Source: Clostridiales bacterium UBA2432
GTDB taxonomy: Bacteria; Bacillota; Clostridia; Lachnospirales; Vallitaleaceae
Direction: 5' to 3'
Assembly (NCBI GenBank): GCA_002342805.1
Contig: DDQW01000074.1
Span: forward strand, 15,906 to 79,905
DNA: 64,000 nt
Positions 10,412 through 21,413 of this stretch are shown piece by piece. How positions within the stretch are numbered: position 1 is the stretch's first letter; each line of letters starts with the position of its first letter. The notes under the pieces were generated by a model. It was not told the origin of the DNA, made no database searches, and saw only the letters and a list, made by a program, of their open reading frames with translations. Position numbers and translations under genes: made by a program.

Positions 10412-10484
10412 AAATAACTTAATACGCTAACCTAAAATCCCCCTCGAAAGAGGGGAATATTATTTATGTAGTAGAGGTGAAAAG

Positions 10485-11219
10485 ATGGTTCCAAAACATA
10501 TTGCATTAATCATGGACGGCAACGGACGATGGGCAAAATCTAAAGGGAAGCCACGTACATTTGGTCACAAAAAGGGTAGTGAAACATTAAAACAAATATG
10601 TAAAGATGCATACGATTTAGGTGTAAAATATGTAACGGTTTATGCTTTTTCGACAGAGAATTGGAAACGTTCGAAAGAAGAAGTTTCTTTTTTAATGGGA
10701 CTTCTTAGACAATATTTAAATGAAAGCATTAAAAATTCAGAAGAAAACAATATGCGTGTACGAGTTATCGGGAGACGCAGTGATTTAGATAAAGATATTA
10801 TTGAAGCGATTGAATCATTAGAAGAAGCTTCAAAAGAATTTGACGGATTACAGCTACAGATTGCTTTAAACTATGGCGGAAGAGATGAGATCATACGTGG
10901 CATGCGTGGCGTATTTCAACATTTACTTGATAATGATGGTTCAGATCAAGTTTCTAAACATGATTTAAAGTTAGCTATGCAAGAATTAGATGAAGATAAA
11001 TTTTCATACTACTTAGACACGGTTGGGATTCCTGATCCGGAATTATTAATTCGAACAAGTGGTGAACTTCGTACCAGTAATTTTATGTTATGGCAGCTGG
11101 CATATACAGAGTTTTATGTGACAGACGTATATTGGCCGGATTTTAATAGAACAGAATTAAAAAAAGCAATCGATGCATATAATCGAAGAGAACGACGATT
11201 TGGAGGAACCACAAAATGA
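10485..11219 (+). CDS. uppS: Undecaprenyl diphosphate synthase
   Basis: HIALIMDGNGRWA, YAFSTENWKR, IRTSGELRTSNF. Confidence 0.98.
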   Translation: MVPKHIALIMDGNGRWAKSKGKPRTFGHKKGSETLKQICKDAYDLGVKYVTVYAFSTENWKRSKEEVSFLMGLLRQYLNESIKNSEENNMRVRVIGRRSDLDKDIIEAIESLEEASKEFDGLQLQIALNYGGRDEIIRGMRGVFQHLLDNDGSDQVSKHDLKLAMQELDEDKFSYYLDTVGIPDPELLIRTSGELRTSNFMLWQLAYTEFYVTDVYWPDFNRTELKKAIDAYNRRERRFGGTTK

Positions 11220-12025
11220 AAACACGAATTCTGTCTGCAATCGTAGCTTTACCTATTGTTATTTTTCCGCTATATTTAGGGGGCTGGCTGACTTCGGTTT
11301 TGATATTGGTGGCGATTTCTATTGGGTTGTGGGAATTTAATCGTGCCTTTAAGATGGAAGAAGGTTTTATCTATTTTCTACAACTCCTATTAACCTTGGG
11401 ACTTTTTATTTTACAGTACAGTAGACGTTTAGAATATATTCTCATTAGTCTTGTTTTAATGATTATTTTATCCTTTATATATTATATTATTCGCTATCCA
11501 AAAGTCGAATTACAAACAGTATTTATAGGATTAATTGGCTATTTTTACATTTCAGTTATGATGAGTCATATTGTTTTAGTCCGAAATATGGATCAATATG
11601 GACATATTCTTATTTGGCTCATTTTGTTAATTTCATTTGGAAGTGATACCTTTGCATATTTTACAGGTGTGTTTTTAGGAAAACATAAATTAGCACCAAA
11701 GTTAAGTCCAAATAAAACCATAGAAGGTGCAATTGGAGGAATTCTTGGGTCAGGAATTCTGACAACCTTGTATACCTTTTTTTTAGCCTATACGGAGACA
11801 AATATTGAGTTACATCATTTCATTGGATTTGCTTTAATGGGCATTGTCGGATCGATTTTTGGTCAATTTGGCGATATGACAGCTTCTGCAATGAAACGAG
11901 TTACCAAAATCAAAGACTTCGGCACATTGATTCCGGGGCATGGAGGAATTGTTGACCGAATGGATAGCATCATATTTGTTGCTCCATTTGTATACTATGC
12001 ATCGATGCTAATTTTATCATTATAA
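11216..12025 (+). CDS. cdsA: Phosphatidate cytidylyltransferase
   Basis: Multi-TM; SPNKTIEG, KDFGTLIPGHGGIVDRMDS. Confidence 0.97.
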   Translation: MKTRILSAIVALPIVIFPLYLGGWLTSVLILVAISIGLWEFNRAFKMEEGFIYFLQLLLTLGLFILQYSRRLEYILISLVLMIILSFIYYIIRYPKVELQTVFIGLIGYFYISVMMSHIVLVRNMDQYGHILIWLILLISFGSDTFAYFTGVFLGKHKLAPKLSPNKTIEGAIGGILGSGILTTLYTFFLAYTETNIELHHFIGFALMGIVGSIFGQFGDMTASAMKRVTKIKDFGTLIPGHGGIVDRMDSIIFVAPFVYYASMLILSL

Positions 12026-12051
12026 ATGATGATAAAGAAAAAGAGGTAATA

Positions 12052-13227
12052 ATGAAGAAAAGAATAGGGATATTAGGCTCAACAGGTTCTATAGGTGTTC
12101 AAACCTTAGAAGTTATTGACTTACATGATGAATTTGAAGTTGTGGCACTTACAGCCAATACAAATGTAAATAAATTATATGAACAATGTTTAAAATATAG
12201 ACCCCAAATCGTTGCTTTGATGGATAGAAATAGCCAGCAAGAATTAAGTGAGCGTCTCCAAAAACATAAGGATCTAGATGTTGATGTCTTATGGGGGATG
12301 GAGGGTTTAATTGCCGTTGCAAAATATAAACCTATAGATATCTTAGTTACAGCGGTTGTTGGAATGATTGGCCTTGTTCCAACGATTGAAGCAATCAAAG
12401 CGAATAAAACAATTGCGCTTGCCAATAAAGAAACACTTGTGACAGCAGGTGAATTGATTATGCCATTAGCCAAGGCGCATTCTGTTAAGATATTACCGGT
12501 TGATAGTGAGCATTCGGCTATTTATCAATCATTACAAGGCAATGCATACAAAAAAATTGAAAAAGTTATTTTAACAGCATCTGGGGGACCTTTTCGGGGA
12601 AAGGATGCGGCGTATTTAAAAAATGTATCTTTAGAAGATGCCCTAAAACATCCAAACTGGGAAATGGGAGCAAAAATAACCATTGATTCATCCACATTAA
12701 TGAACAAGGGACTCGAAGTTATTGAAGCAAAATGGTTATTTGATGTTGAACCGGACCAGATTGAGGTTCTTGTTCACCCGGAAAGCATTATTCATTCTAT
12801 GGTACAATATATTGATGGATCAGTTATTGCACAATTAGGACTACCTGATATGCGACTTCCCATACAATATGCCCTTTTTGAAAGCCAACGAGAATATATG
12901 CCATATGAACGATTAGATTTAACAAAATTGCACAAATTAACATTCGAAAAACCCGATATAGATACATTTAAGTGTTTAAAATTGGCATTTACAGCTTTAG
13001 AGTGTGGAGGCCTTATCCCAACGATTTTAAATGCGGCCAATGAAATTATTGTAGCTATGTTTTTAGATAAAAAAATTCAATATTTTCAGATTGCGGATTA
13101 TATAGAAGACGTTATGAATACGTATATTGAAGAATACTACGATTCTAAGTTAGAGTTAACGTTAGATCGTATTTTAGAAGCCCAAGCGTGGGCAGAACAA
13201 TACATTGAAAGAAGGTGGCACCAATGA
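12052..13227 (+). CDS. dxr: 1-deoxy-D-xylulose 5-phosphate reductoisomerase
   Basis: LGSTGSIG, LANKETLV, PVDSEH, HPNWEMGAKITIDS. Confidence 0.98.
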   Translation: MKKRIGILGSTGSIGVQTLEVIDLHDEFEVVALTANTNVNKLYEQCLKYRPQIVALMDRNSQQELSERLQKHKDLDVDVLWGMEGLIAVAKYKPIDILVTAVVGMIGLVPTIEAIKANKTIALANKETLVTAGELIMPLAKAHSVKILPVDSEHSAIYQSLQGNAYKKIEKVILTASGGPFRGKDAAYLKNVSLEDALKHPNWEMGAKITIDSSTLMNKGLEVIEAKWLFDVEPDQIEVLVHPESIIHSMVQYIDGSVIAQLGLPDMRLPIQYALFESQREYMPYERLDLTKLHKLTFEKPDIDTFKCLKLAFTALECGGLIPTILNAANEIIVAMFLDKKIQYFQIADYIEDVMNTYIEEYYDSKLELTLDRILEAQAWAEQYIERRWHQ

Positions 13228-14336
13228 GTATTATTGTAGCTTTATTAGTATTTAGTTTTATCGTTTTTGTCCATGAATTTGGACATTATATATTTGCAAG
13301 ACGTGGTGGAATCGCGGTTGAAGAATTCGCGATTGGAATGGGCCCTAAATTGTTCAGCTTTGAACGAAAAGGAACACAATGGTCAATACGTTTACTACCT
13401 ATTGGTGGATTTTGTCGTATGCATGGAGAAGATGGCTCAGAGCCACAAGACAAGCAAGAAGTGCAAGAAAATCAAAACGTTAAAAAGCTTAATGGGGGCG
13501 CATTTTATGAAAAATCCGTTGGTGTTAGGATTTCGACTATTTTTGGAGGCCCTCTATTTAATTTTATTTTAGCTTTATTTTTTTCCTTTATCTATATTGG
13601 AATGACAGCGACATTTTCAAATGTTGTGAGTGAAGTCCCCGAAGATTTACCGGCTTATGAGGCAGGTATTCGTCCGGGTGATGAGATTGTGTCTATTGAT
13701 GGCCATCGTATTTTGCGTTCAACGGAAGCGAGAATCTATATTAATATGCCGGAAGGTGAGCCTTTAGATGTTAAGGTTCGTCGAAGTGAAAATGGAGATA
13801 GCAAAACGTTGAACTTCACTGTGGTTCCTCATGTGATTGAACTTGACGAAACAGTGCCTCCGGAAGAAAGTGATAATTATTATGTAATTGGTGTTAATTA
13901 TGAGGAAATTCAAAAAAATATTTTTACAGTGATAAAATACGGTGTTTTAGAAGCTGCATCATGGATAAAAATTGTATTCTATTCCCTTGGACTACTTATT
14001 ACAGGGAATGTATCTATGACAGCTCTATCTGGGCCGGTTGCTATTGTTGATGAATTTAGTAGTGGCTACGAAGCTAGTTTAGCATATGGCATAAAAGCGG
14101 TTGTTTCGAATATAGCTTTCTTTATTGTATTGCTTAGTTCGAACTTAGGCGTCATGAACTTATTGCCGATTCCGGCCTTAGATGGAGGACGATTGATTTT
14201 CTTATTCATTGAAGGAGTTCGAGGAAAACCACTAGCACCTGACAAAGAAGGTTTTGTACACTTTATTGGCTTTGCCTTATTAATGTTATTGATGGTCTTT
14301 GTGCTTTTTAACGATATTCAACGTCTGTTTAGTTAA
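13224..14336 (+). CDS. rseP: RIP metalloprotease RseP (site-2 protease with PDZ domain)
   Basis: HEFGH, PDZ domain, NLLPIPALDGG; ATGA overlap with dxr. Confidence 0.96.
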   Translation: MSIIVALLVFSFIVFVHEFGHYIFARRGGIAVEEFAIGMGPKLFSFERKGTQWSIRLLPIGGFCRMHGEDGSEPQDKQEVQENQNVKKLNGGAFYEKSVGVRISTIFGGPLFNFILALFFSFIYIGMTATFSNVVSEVPEDLPAYEAGIRPGDEIVSIDGHRILRSTEARIYINMPEGEPLDVKVRRSENGDSKTLNFTVVPHVIELDETVPPEESDNYYVIGVNYEEIQKNIFTVIKYGVLEAASWIKIVFYSLGLLITGNVSMTALSGPVAIVDEFSSGYEASLAYGIKAVVSNIAFFIVLLSSNLGVMNLLPIPALDGGRLIFLFIEGVRGKPLAPDKEGFVHFIGFALLMLLMVFVLFNDIQRLFS

Positions 14337-14360
14337 GCAAAGGTATAGGAGGCTTATTGA

Positions 14361-15425
14361 ATGATTTTACGAGAAAAAACACGAACAATAACCATTGGTG
14401 ATGTAACGATTGGTGGAGGTCATCCGATAGCCATTCAAAGCATGACCAATACAAAAACAGAAAACGTTGACGAAACCGTTGCGCAGATTTTAAAATTTGA
14501 AGAGGCGGGATGTGATATTGTTCGTATAGCGATTCCATCAATGGAAGCTGCTAAAGCAGTATCATCAATTAAATCACGTATACACATTCCCCTTGTTGCA
14601 GATATTCATTTTGATTATCGATTAGCCCTTGAATGCGTTAAGCAAGGTATCGACAAAATCCGAATTAATCCGGGAAACATCGGTAGTAAAGAACGGGTAA
14701 AAAAAGTTGTTGATGCATGCAAAGCAAATAACATACCCATCCGAATCGGTGTGAATGGAGGGTCGCTTGAGAAACATATTTTAGAAAAATATGGACATCC
14801 AACACCCGAAGCGCTTGTGGAAAGTGCCTTATTTCATGTGCGTATATTAGAAGAATTAGACTTTTATGATATTGCAATATCGATAAAATCCTCAGATGTA
14901 TTAAAAACAGTTGAGGCATATGAACGGATGGCAGAAGCTGTGGATTATCCGCTTCATCTTGGAATCACGGAAGCGGGAACAAAAGAAAATGGAACGATTA
15001 AATCTTCAGTGGGTTTAGGAATCATGCTTGCAAAAGGGTTAGGAGATACAATACGCGTCTCCCTTACAAGTGATCCTGTTGATGAAATTCATGTGGCAAA
15101 GAAAATTTTACAAAGTTTGAATCTCTACCCCCAGCAAGTTGAGTTTATTTCCTGTCCAACATGTGGTCGAACCTCAATTGACCTCATAAGTATAGCTGAA
15201 GAGGTAGAAAAGCGTTTAGGAACGGTTAAGTATCCAATTAAGGTTGCCGTGATGGGCTGTGCGGTTAATGGTCCTGGTGAAGCTCGAGAAGCAGATATTG
15301 GTATTGCAGGTGGTAACGGTGTGGGTCTAATTTTTAAAAAAGGTGAAGTGGTTGGAAAAGTTCAGGAAGAAGAACTTGTCGATGCCTTAATTCGTGAGAT
15401 TCAAGCGATGATGGACAAAGCATAA
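14361..15425 (+). CDS. ispG: HMBPP synthase IspG
   Basis: [32 protein letters not shown]. Confidence 0.98.
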   Translation: MILREKTRTITIGDVTIGGGHPIAIQSMTNTKTENVDETVAQILKFEEAGCDIVRIAIPSMEAAKAVSSIKSRIHIPLVADIHFDYRLALECVKQGIDKIRINPGNIGSKERVKKVVDACKANNIPIRIGVNGGSLEKHILEKYGHPTPEALVESALFHVRILEELDFYDIAISIKSSDVLKTVEAYERMAEAVDYPLHLGITEAGTKENGTIKSSVGLGIMLAKGLGDTIRVSLTSDPVDEIHVAKKILQSLNLYPQQVEFISCPTCGRTSIDLISIAEEVEKRLGTVKYPIKVAVMGCAVNGPGEAREADIGIAGGNGVGLIFKKGEVVGKVQEEELVDALIREIQAMMDKA

Positions 15426-15440
15426 GAAGGTGAGAATGCA

Positions 15441-18400
15441 TTGAGAAAAAATTTGTTTGAAGTTTTTGAAGGTTTGGTGGTGAGTCCGGAAAGCCAAATC
15501 TTTTTTAAAGATGCGATAGTTTCTTCTATTATTATGAACAAAGACCAAGGTGCTGTGAGTATTTCACTTACGCTTAATACAATTGTGCATCCAAAGTTTG
15601 TTGAACACTTAGAAGAAGCCATTTATCGTCATTTAGGTTATCCGGAGGGAATAGCCATTTATATCCATGATAGTTTTCATCTGAGCTATGCTTTGTCGCT
15701 AAAAGACATGTATAGTGCCTATGAAGAAGGTTTGCTTTATAGCTTAAAAAAAATCAATCCGGTAGGTGCAGCAGTTATTCGAAGTTCACAGGTTGATATT
15801 GGTGATTATGATTTGGTCTATCAAGTAAGTAAGACTGGTTTTGAATATATTAAAAATCTGGAGTTTGATCAAAAAATCATTCAATTGTTTAAACAAAAAT
15901 TTGATATTGAGATTGATATAGAAATTCTTGAAGATGATGTAAACAGTCATATGTATCAAGAATTTATACGCCATCGTGATATAGAACAGAAAAATCTTCT
16001 TAAAAAGCGTGACCGACATTTACATATTGAAGAAAAAGTCGTGATTCAGGAAGAAGATATTACTCGAGAGACCTATGAAAATCTTGTCATGGGTAAAAAG
16101 CCCATTACAGGTGAAGTGTTAAGACTCAAGAATTTTGATGAGGATACTACTTATGCTAACATTGATGTTCAAGTCATTAGCAAACCGGATGCACGTGAAT
16201 TGCGTGGCGGTAAGATGATTATGAAATTTGATGTGACCGATTTTACAGATTCGATTACAGCAAAAGTCTTTGTTGAAAAAGAAGATTATCCTCGCGTTGA
16301 AGAAAATGTAAAAAAAGGAAAGACACTTCGTATACGAGGCACCTATAAATATGACGATTATGATCGAGCGCGTGTGTTTTTTGTCAATACCATTGAAACC
16401 ATTGAAGCGAACTTGAAAATACAGCGTAAAGACAATGCCAAAGAAAAACGCGTGGAACTCCACTTGCATACACAAATGAGTGATATGGATGGAGTAATGA
16501 GTGTTAAGGATGGTATTAACCAAGCGATTGCCTGGGGGCATAAAGCTGTAGCTATAACAGACCATGGTGGCGTCCAGGGCTATCCGGATGCATTTCATTG
16601 TGTGCATGATGATAATATTAAAATTCTATATGGAGTAGAAGCTTACTTGGCAGATGATCAAAAACCTGTGGGCTACCACCTTGATGAGCGCACCTTTGAA
16701 GATACCCTTATTGTTTTTGATATTGAGACAACTGGTTTACGTGCGCATAAAGATCGCTTTACTGAAATTGGTGCAGTGAAAATTAAAAATGGAAAAATTA
16801 CGGATCGTTTTTCGGAATTTGTAAATCCAGGTGTATCTATACCACAATTTATTCAAGAACTTACCCATATCACCAATGAAACAGTCAAGGATGCTCCGCC
16901 GATTGAAGTTGTTTTGCCTAAGTTTATTGAATTTTGCGAAGGAGGCATATTAGTTGCTCAAAACGCCGACTTTGACATGAGTTTCATTATTCATGCTATG
17001 GGTAAAATGAATATTGAAGACCAGTTTACCTATATTGATACCTTAGAAATAGCCCGCCGTCTATTTCCTGACCTAAAAAATTATCGCTTGAATACATTAG
17101 CTGAAGCACTTGATGTGCGCTTAGTTCAACATCACCGAGCAGTTTATGATGCAGAAGCTACGGCAGGTGTTTTTCTTAAGCTCATTGATATTTTACACAA
17201 CAAAGGCGTTAAAAAGCTAAGCGATTTTTCAGTGTTTGAAAAAAACCATCAGGCGAGTTATAAAAAACTTCGGCCATCCCACGCCATTATACTGTGTAAA
17301 AATCGTGAAGGTTTGCGAAATCTATATAAATTAATTTCCAAGTCTCATACGGAAACATTCTTTAAACGTCCGGTAATCACAAAAAGCATGCTAAATGAGC
17401 ATCGTGAGGGCCTTGTATTAGGTTCGGCGTGTGAAGCGGGTGAGTTATACCCGTTGGTGCTTGAAGGACGGTCAGATGAGGCGATAAAGCGGATTATCGA
17501 CTATTATGATTACCTTGAGATTCAACCCACTGGCAATAATGCCTTTATGGTTGAGAATGGAAAGGTCAAGGATTTAAAAGAAATTGAGGAAGTGAATCGA
17601 CGTATTTGTGAGTTGGGAGAAGAATACAATAAGCTTGTCGTTGCTACATGTGATGTTCATTTTCTGAATCCGGAAGATGAAGTATATCGACGTATTCTCA
17701 TGGCAGGCAAAGGATTTAAAGATGCTGACAATCAACCGCCACTTTACTTTAGAACGACCAATGAGATGTTAAATGAGTTTGATTACTTGGGAGAAGAAAA
17801 AGCCTTTGAAGTTGTAGTAACAAATACAAACCTCATTGCAGATTCCCTAGAATATATTGAGCCGGTTGAACGCGATAAATATCCACCGGTTATCGAAGGT
17901 TCAGAAAAAGAGCTTGAAGATATGTGCTATATGAAGGCGAAATCTATTTATGGTGACCCCTTACCTGAGATTGTCCAAGAACGTTTGGACCGTGAGTTGA
18001 ACTCAATTATAAGCAATGGTTTTGCTGTTATGTATATCATCGCTCAAAAATTAGTGAAAAAATCCAATGATGATGGATATCTTGTGGGGTCAAGAGGGTC
18101 TGTCGGTTCTTCTTTTGTCGCAACAATGTCAGGTATTACTGAAGTAAATCCTCTGTCTCCCCATTACGTTTGTGAAGCCTGTCAGTACAGTGATTTTGAT
18201 TCGCCTGAAGTGAAAAAATATGCCGGTAGTTCCGGTGTAGATATGCCGGATAGAACATGTCCCAACTGTGGTGAGCAACTATTAAAAGAAGGCCATGACA
18301 TTCCTTTTGAGACTTTTTTAGGTTTTAAAGGCAATAAAGAGCCGGACATTGACTTGAACTTCTCCGGTGAATATCAGGCAAAAGCACATAAATACACCGA

Positions 18401-19766
18401 AGTCTTATTTGGGGAAGGGCATGTATTTAAAGCTGGAACGATAGGAACCTTGGCAGATAAAACAGCCTATGGATTTGTTAAAAACTATTTTGATGAACGT
18501 GAGATTCAAGTGAAGGAAGCAGAGATTAATCGAATTATTCAAGGTTGTGTCGGTGTTCGAAGGACAACCGGACAACATCCCGGCGGAATCATCGTTGTGC
18601 CGAAAGATCAAGAGATATATACATTTACGCCTATACAGAAACCTGCAAATGATCAATCTTCAACCGTCATTACAACCCATTTTGATTATCATTCTATTGA
18701 TCATAATCTATTGAAGCTGGATATTCTTGGACATGATGATCCGACCATGATTCGATTTTTGGAAGATATGACAGGTCTTGATGCAACAAAAATACCCCTC
18801 GACGAGCCCAAAGTCATGTCCTTATTCAGGACAGGTAAAGAATTGGGCGTTAAGGCGGAAGATATTGGTGGAATTACTTTGGGGTCATTAGGAATACCTG
18901 AGTTTGGAACTGATTTTGTTATGCAAATGTTGATTGAAACAAAGCCATCAACTTTTTCCGATTTGATACGAATATCGGGATTGTCCCACGGAACAGATGT
19001 GTGGACAAATAATGCACAACAGCTTGTACAAGAAGGAAAAGCCAATATTTCAACTGTAATTTCAACCCGTGATGATATTATGACCTATTTGATTAATCAA
19101 GGATTAGACAAAGAATTGTCTTTTACAATTATGGAGAGTGTACGTAAAGGAAAAGGGCTCCGTGATGAGTGGGAAGCAGAAATGCGAAAATATGATGTAC
19201 CTGACTGGTATATTTGGTCCTGTAAACAGATTAAGTATATGTTTCCTAAAGCTCATGCAGCTGCTTATGTCATGATGGCTTATCGCATCGCATATTTTAA
19301 AGTCTATTATCCTCTAGAATATTATACGGCCTTCTTTAGTATTCGGGCCTCAAACTTTGATTATGGACTCATGTGTAAAGGAAAAAGCGTATTGGATGCA
19401 CATATTCAGGATTTTAAGAATCGTTTTAATGATTTAAGCAAAAAAGAAAAGGATATGATCAAAGATATGCGCATTGTTCAAGAGATGTATGCAAGAGGAT
19501 TTGAGTTTCTACCTATTGATCTTTTTCAAGTGGAAGCAAAACGCTTTCGAATTATTGATGGCAAAATCATGCCATCCCTATCTTCAATAAATGGAATGGG
19601 AGAAAAAGCCGCCGAAGGGATCGTCGCCGGACGAGAAGGTGGAGAATTCATATCAATTGAAGATTTTCGATTGCGGACAAAAACAGGAAAATCATTAATT
19701 GAATTATTAAAGAGTGAAGAAATACTAAAAGGGCTTCCGGAGACGAACCAGATGAGCTTGTTTTAG
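15441..19766 (+). CDS. polC: DNA polymerase III PolC
   Basis: PHP (ELHLHTQMS, AITDHG), exonuclease (FDIETTG), GSRGSVGSS, PDIDLNF, YMFPKAHAAAY; TTG start; normal length, no intein evident. Confidence 0.98.
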   Translation: MRKNLFEVFEGLVVSPESQIFFKDAIVSSIIMNKDQGAVSISLTLNTIVHPKFVEHLEEAIYRHLGYPEGIAIYIHDSFHLSYALSLKDMYSAYEEGLLYSLKKINPVGAAVIRSSQVDIGDYDLVYQVSKTGFEYIKNLEFDQKIIQLFKQKFDIEIDIEILEDDVNSHMYQEFIRHRDIEQKNLLKKRDRHLHIEEKVVIQEEDITRETYENLVMGKKPITGEVLRLKNFDEDTTYANIDVQVISKPDARELRGGKMIMKFDVTDFTDSITAKVFVEKEDYPRVEENVKKGKTLRIRGTYKYDDYDRARVFFVNTIETIEANLKIQRKDNAKEKRVELHLHTQMSDMDGVMSVKDGINQAIAWGHKAVAITDHGGVQGYPDAFHCVHDDNIKILYGVEAYLADDQKPVGYHLDERTFEDTLIVFDIETTGLRAHKDRFTEIGAVKIKNGKITDRFSEFVNPGVSIPQFIQELTHITNETVKDAPPIEVVLPKFIEFCEGGILVAQNADFDMSFIIHAMGKMNIEDQFTYIDTLEIARRLFPDLKNYRLNTLAEALDVRLVQHHRAVYDAEATAGVFLKLIDILHNKGVKKLSDFSVFEKNHQASYKKLRPSHAIILCKNREGLRNLYKLISKSHTETFFKRPVITKSMLNEHREGLVLGSACEAGELYPLVLEGRSDEAIKRIIDYYDYLEIQPTGNNAFMVENGKVKDLKEIEEVNRRICELGEEYNKLVVATCDVHFLNPEDEVYRRILMAGKGFKDADNQPPLYFRTTNEMLNEFDYLGEEKAFEVVVTNTNLIADSLEYIEPVERDKYPPVIEGSEKELEDMCYMKAKSIYGDPLPEIVQERLDRELNSIISNGFAVMYIIAQKLVKKSNDDGYLVGSRGSVGSSFVATMSGITEVNPLSPHYVCEACQYSDFDSPEVKKYAGSSGVDMPDRTCPNCGEQLLKEGHDIPFETFLGFKGNKEPDIDLNFSGEYQAKAHKYTEVLFGEGHVFKAGTIGTLADKTAYGFVKNYFDEREIQVKEAEINRIIQGCVGVRRTTGQHPGGIIVVPKDQEIYTFTPIQKPANDQSSTVITTHFDYHSIDHNLLKLDILGHDDPTMIRFLEDMTGLDATKIPLDEPKVMSLFRTGKELGVKAEDIGGITLGSLGIPEFGTDFVMQMLIETKPSTFSDLIRISGLSHGTDVWTNNAQQLVQEGKANISTVISTRDDIMTYLINQGLDKELSFTIMESVRKGKGLRDEWEAEMRKYDVPDWYIWSCKQIKYMFPKAHAAAYVMMAYRIAYFKVYYPLEYYTAFFSIRASNFDYGLMCKGKSVLDAHIQDFKNRFNDLSKKEKDMIKDMRIVQEMYARGFEFLPIDLFQVEAKRFRIIDGKIMPSLSSINGMGEKAAEGIVAGREGGEFISIEDFRLRTKTGKSLIELLKSEEILKGLPETNQMSLF

Positions 19767-19787
19767 AGGAAAGGCGTAAGAGATATT

Positions 19788-20267
19788 ATGAAAACTATAG
19801 ATATTTTTACAGATGGTGCATGCCGTGGCAATCCAGATGGTCCGGGAGGATATGGGGCAGTGCTTAAATATAAAGATGCTGACGGGACAGAGCATATCAA
19901 AGAATTAAGTGATGGATACTTAAATACAACCAATAACCGAATGGAACTGATGGGTGTATTAGTTGCAATAAAAGCACTGAAATCTCCATGTAACATTCGC
20001 GTACATACGGATTCTCAGTATATTGTTAAGGCGTTCACCGAAGGTTGGTTAAACAACTGGATTAAGAACAATTGGCGAAGAGGAAAGAAAAAAGAAGCTG
20101 TAAAAAATCAAGATTTATGGGAACAACTGGTCGAGGCTGTCAAACCCCATCAAGTTGAGTTTATATGGGTTAAGGGCCATGATGGCCATGTTGAAAATGA
20201 GCGATGTGATGAACTAGCTACCTTAGCTGCAGACAGTAATCCCAAGAAAATCGATCAAGCAAAATAA
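19788..20267 (+). CDS. rnhA: Ribonuclease HI
   Basis: FTDGACRGNP, TTNNRMEL, TDSQY, WVKGHDGHVENERCDELA. Confidence 0.97.
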   Translation: MKTIDIFTDGACRGNPDGPGGYGAVLKYKDADGTEHIKELSDGYLNTTNNRMELMGVLVAIKALKSPCNIRVHTDSQYIVKAFTEGWLNNWIKNNWRRGKKKEAVKNQDLWEQLVEAVKPHQVEFIWVKGHDGHVENERCDELATLAADSNPKKIDQAK

Positions 20268-20285
20268 AGGAATATACATGAAAAA

Positions 20286-20314
20286 AAAGGAAATTCGTGG
20301 TTTTTGTTGTATAT
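20286..20314 (+). promoter_or_regulatory. Possible sigma-H promoter upstream of dgt-dnaG-sigA
   Basis: AAAGGAAAT-11 bp-GTTGTATAT, one mismatch to RNAGGAWWW-N11-12-RNNGAATWW; the B. subtilis sigA operon has sigma-H promoters. Confidence 0.35.
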
Positions 20315-20369
20315 ATAGAAGTATGTATTAACGGTTTTTGTGAATGGACATCTCAGCTAGGAGGTTGTT

Positions 20370-21377
20370 ATGAATTTACGAGAATTACAAGAAGAACGCG
20401 AATTTGAAATATTAAGCCCATATTCTTCCTTTAGTCGAAACAGTCGCGGACGGGAAGTTGAAGAGACACCATGTGATATTCGAACGGATTACCAACGTGA
20501 TCGAGATCGCATACTACACTCAAAATCCTTTCGACGATTAAAGCATAAAACACAGGTTTTTATTGCACCGGAAGGTGATCATTATCGTACGCGATTAACG
20601 CATACCTTAGAAGTGTCCCAAATTGCGAGAACCATTGCACGGGCCTTACGCTTAAATGAAGACTTAACAGAAGCCATCGCATTGGCACATGATTTAGGGC
20701 ACACACCTTTTGGTCATGCCGGGGAATATGCTTTGAATGGTGTTTCTGAGTTAGGCTTTAAACACTATCAACAAAGTATTCGTGTTGTGGAAATACTTGA
20801 AAACAAGGGCAAGGGTTTAAATCTGACTTGGGAAGTACGTGATGGAATTTTAAATCATCCGACAAAAGGAAGACCCTCAACATTAGAAGGCGCTATTGTT
20901 CGTTTATCCGATAAAATTGCTTATATTAACCATGATATCGATGATGCAATTCGAGGACATATTTTAAGTGAAAAAGATTTGCCAAAAGAATATACAGATG
21001 TTCTTGGGTTGACATCCAAAGAACGTATTAGCATTATGGTGCATGACATTGTGACAAATAGCATGGATCAAGATGCCATTATAATGAGTCAACATATTAT
21101 GACTGCCATGACAGGCATGCGACAGTTCATGTTTGAAAATGTATATATTGATTCAAAAGCAAAAGAACATGAAGAGAAAGCACAGAATATGTTGACACAA
21201 CTTTTCTTGTATTTTAAGGAACATACACATTTATTGCCTCCAGAGTTTCTCGTGATGATTGATGACGGAGAACTCGTTGAGCGTGTTGTAAGTGATTATA
21301 TAGCAGGAATGACGGATCGCTATGCCATTCGAAAATTTATGGATTTATTTGTTCCATCTTCCTGGAAAGAATTGTGA
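20370..21377 (+). CDS. dgt: Deoxyguanosinetriphosphate triphosphohydrolase-like HD protein
   Basis: RDRDRILHSKSFRRLKHKTQVF, RTRLTHTLEV, HDLGHTPFGHAGE, DYIAGMTD. Confidence 0.93.
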   Translation: MNLRELQEEREFEILSPYSSFSRNSRGREVEETPCDIRTDYQRDRDRILHSKSFRRLKHKTQVFIAPEGDHYRTRLTHTLEVSQIARTIARALRLNEDLTEAIALAHDLGHTPFGHAGEYALNGVSELGFKHYQQSIRVVEILENKGKGLNLTWEVRDGILNHPTKGRPSTLEGAIVRLSDKIAYINHDIDDAIRGHILSEKDLPKEYTDVLGLTSKERISIMVHDIVTNSMDQDAIIMSQHIMTAMTGMRQFMFENVYIDSKAKEHEEKAQNMLTQLFLYFKEHTHLLPPEFLVMIDDGELVERVVSDYIAGMTDRYAIRKFMDLFVPSSWKEL

Positions 21378-21413
21378 TAAAATGTTGAATAGAAGAACGG
21401 AGAATGAAAGGTT

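Noticed and set aside
15441-19766. Possible intein or intron in polC
   Set aside because: Length (1441 aa) and domain order are normal; no splice-junction or homing-endonuclease motifs seen.
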